From a virus (taxonomy: Duplodnaviria > Caudoviricetes): a stretch of DNA of 25,546 nt. Below, piece after piece: positions 24,152-25,546 of this stretch. The notes beneath the pieces were generated by a model. It was given only the letters and a program-made list of their open reading frames with translations. It was not told the origin of the DNA and searched no databases. The stretch covers positions 1 to 25,546 of the IMG/VR virus record IMGVR_UViG_3300044724_000487, one strand, 5' to 3'. The stretch's first letter is position 1; each line of letters begins with the position of its first letter. A program made the position numbers and the translations under genes.

Positions 24152-25546
24152 TGCCAAAATCTGGTGAACATAGAGTTAATCAAATTGACTCTTTCTTTAG
24201 AGTAAGACCATCTTCTCAAAATGTGAGAGAGGGAGAGAATGTATCATTTCTTGAAGACGGTAAACTTATTAAGCAAGAAAAAAGAAATGGTATTGTTTAT
24301 GAGCAAGTTTATGTAGAGCAAGGAAAAACAAGAGAAGAGAAAGTTAGTACGTCTACTGGAAGTGTTACCAATCTTGTTGTCTCTGGTTCTTCATCTGGTT
24401 CAGGTGATGTTACTGGTATTACAGCTGGTACAGGATTAACTGGAGGTGGCACAAGTGGTAATATAACTTTAAATATAGATTCTACAGTTACTACTTTAAC
24501 AGGCACACAAACTCTTACAAATAAAACTTTAACAAGTCCTACTTTAACCACGCCAGCTTTAGGAACACCAGCAAGTGGTGTTATGACTAATGTAACAGGA
24601 ACAGCTTCAGGATTAACTTCAGGAAAAGTAACTGTAACAGATAGTACGGCTAACACAAATTTCCCTGTAGTGTTTCATAACGAATCTAATGCTTTATTAG
24701 ACGATACTAGTGCATTAACTTATAATCCAAGTTCTGGAACTCTTGTAGTGCCAAATTTAAATGTAAGTGGAACTACAACTACTGTAAATACTACAAATCT
24801 TGTTATATCAGACAAACTTATTGAACTATCTAATGGAGCAACAGGAACTCCTGCTGCAGAAGCAGATTCTGGATTAATTATAGAAAGAGGAGAGTCTACT
24901 AATGTCTTTATTGGTTGGGATGAAGGTAGCGATAGAGTAAGATTTGCTACAACATCATCTACAGGTTCTTCAAGTACAGTATCTTTTGTTTCAAATGCAA
25001 ATATACAGGCAGGAAGATTATATGGAGATGTAACTGGTGATGTAACTGGAGATGTTACTGGAAGTTTAAGTGGTGGAACTGTAACAGGCTTATCATCTGC
25101 AATATCATTATCAGAAGGTGGTACTGGTGGTGGAAGTGCTGCTGAAGCAAGAACAAGTTTAGGTGTAGATGCAGCAGGTACAGACAACTCAACTAATGTT
25201 ACTTTAGCAGGTAGTTTAGATTATATTACAGCTAGTGGAACTGGCAATCAAACACTTACAAGAAATGCTATAGATTTAACTACTGATGTTACTGGTGTTT
25301 TACCTTCTGCTAATTTAGATGCAGATACAGCACATTTGAGTGGAACACAAACATTTAGTGGTGCTAAAACTTTTTCAAGTACTATTACAGGAAGCATTAG
25401 TGGAAATGCAGCAACAGCTACTGCCTTAGCAACTGCGAGAAGTATTACAATGTCAGGAGAAGTTTCTTCAGGTGCTGTTAATTTTGATGGAACAGCAGGT
25501 GTTGTTATACCTAATACTACAATAGGTTCAGGTGTTATTGTAAATG
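24151..25546 (+). CDS. Tail fibre protein, 5' part only (runs off the right edge); not in ORF track
   Basis: TAATG-coupled ATG; open frame MPKSGEHRVN... that is G/T/S-rich with TQTLTNKTLTSP, SGLIIERG, (GDVT)3 and GNAATATALATARSI fibre motifs. Confidence 0.85.
   Translation, partial: MPKSGEHRVNQIDSFFRVRPSSQNVREGENVSFLEDGKLIKQEKRNGIVYEQVYVEQGKTREEKVSTSTGSVTNLVVSGSSSGSGDVTGITAGTGLTGGGTSGNITLNIDSTVTTLTGTQTLTNKTLTSPTLTTPALGTPASGVMTNVTGTASGLTSGKVTVTDSTANTNFPVVFHNESNALLDDTSALTYNPSSGTLVVPNLNVSGTTTTVNTTNLVISDKLIELSNGATGTPAAEADSGLIIERGESTNVFIGWDEGSDRVRFATTSSTGSSSTVSFVSNANIQAGRLYGDVTGDVTGDVTGSLSGGTVTGLSSAISLSEGGTGGGSAAEARTSLGVDAAGTDNSTNVTLAGSLDYITASGTGNQTLTRNAIDLTTDVTGVLPSANLDADTAHLSGTQTFSGAKTFSSTITGSISGNAATATALATARSITMSGEVSSGAVNFDGTAGVVIPNTTIGSGVIVN
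25024..25059 (+). repeat. Three 12-bp coding repeats (GDVT)
   Basis: GGAGATGTAACT GGTGATGTAACT GGAGATGTTACT. Confidence 0.8.

Noticed and set aside
5170-25187. Minus-strand ORFs opposite the plus-strand genes (e.g. 5170-5586, 7225-7524, 8281-8547, 14913-15119, 15424-16841, 24309-24656, 24720-25187)
   Set aside because: Antisense shadows of well-supported genes; the last two mirror the unlisted tail fibre ORF.

Overview
This window is a contiguous piece of an AT-rich tailed dsDNA phage genome, most likely a short-tailed podovirus-type phage; the host cannot be determined from the sequence. It has three parts. (1) Bases 1-4.9 kb are a minus-strand, early-type arm with sigma70-like promoters, a class II glutamine amidotransferase and a Zn-finger-bearing COOH-NH2 amidoligase. 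(2) Bases 4.9-6.3 kb are a divergent control region with one small gene and about 700 bp of non-coding DNA. (3) Bases 6.3-25.5 kb are a plus-strand arm: HEXXH peptidase, MazG-like protein, DEDD exonuclease, TerS, gamma-glutamylcyclotransferase, TerL, portal, scaffold, major capsid, small basic proteins, adaptor and tail proteins, and a tail fibre running off the end. The most unusual observations are two tandem XerC/D dif-like sites 3 bp apart (5781-5839) and a promoter-driven, multibranched structured RNA or leader (about 604 to 491). Also notable are GAC/GTC (TAGACG-type) enrichment confined to the early arm against an apparent window-wide absence of GATC, a 9-aa MNCECGCGC micro-ORF in frame with the tail nozzle gene, and a signal-peptide thioredoxin fold lacking CxxC. 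All family calls come from motif recognition by eye, not from database searches.
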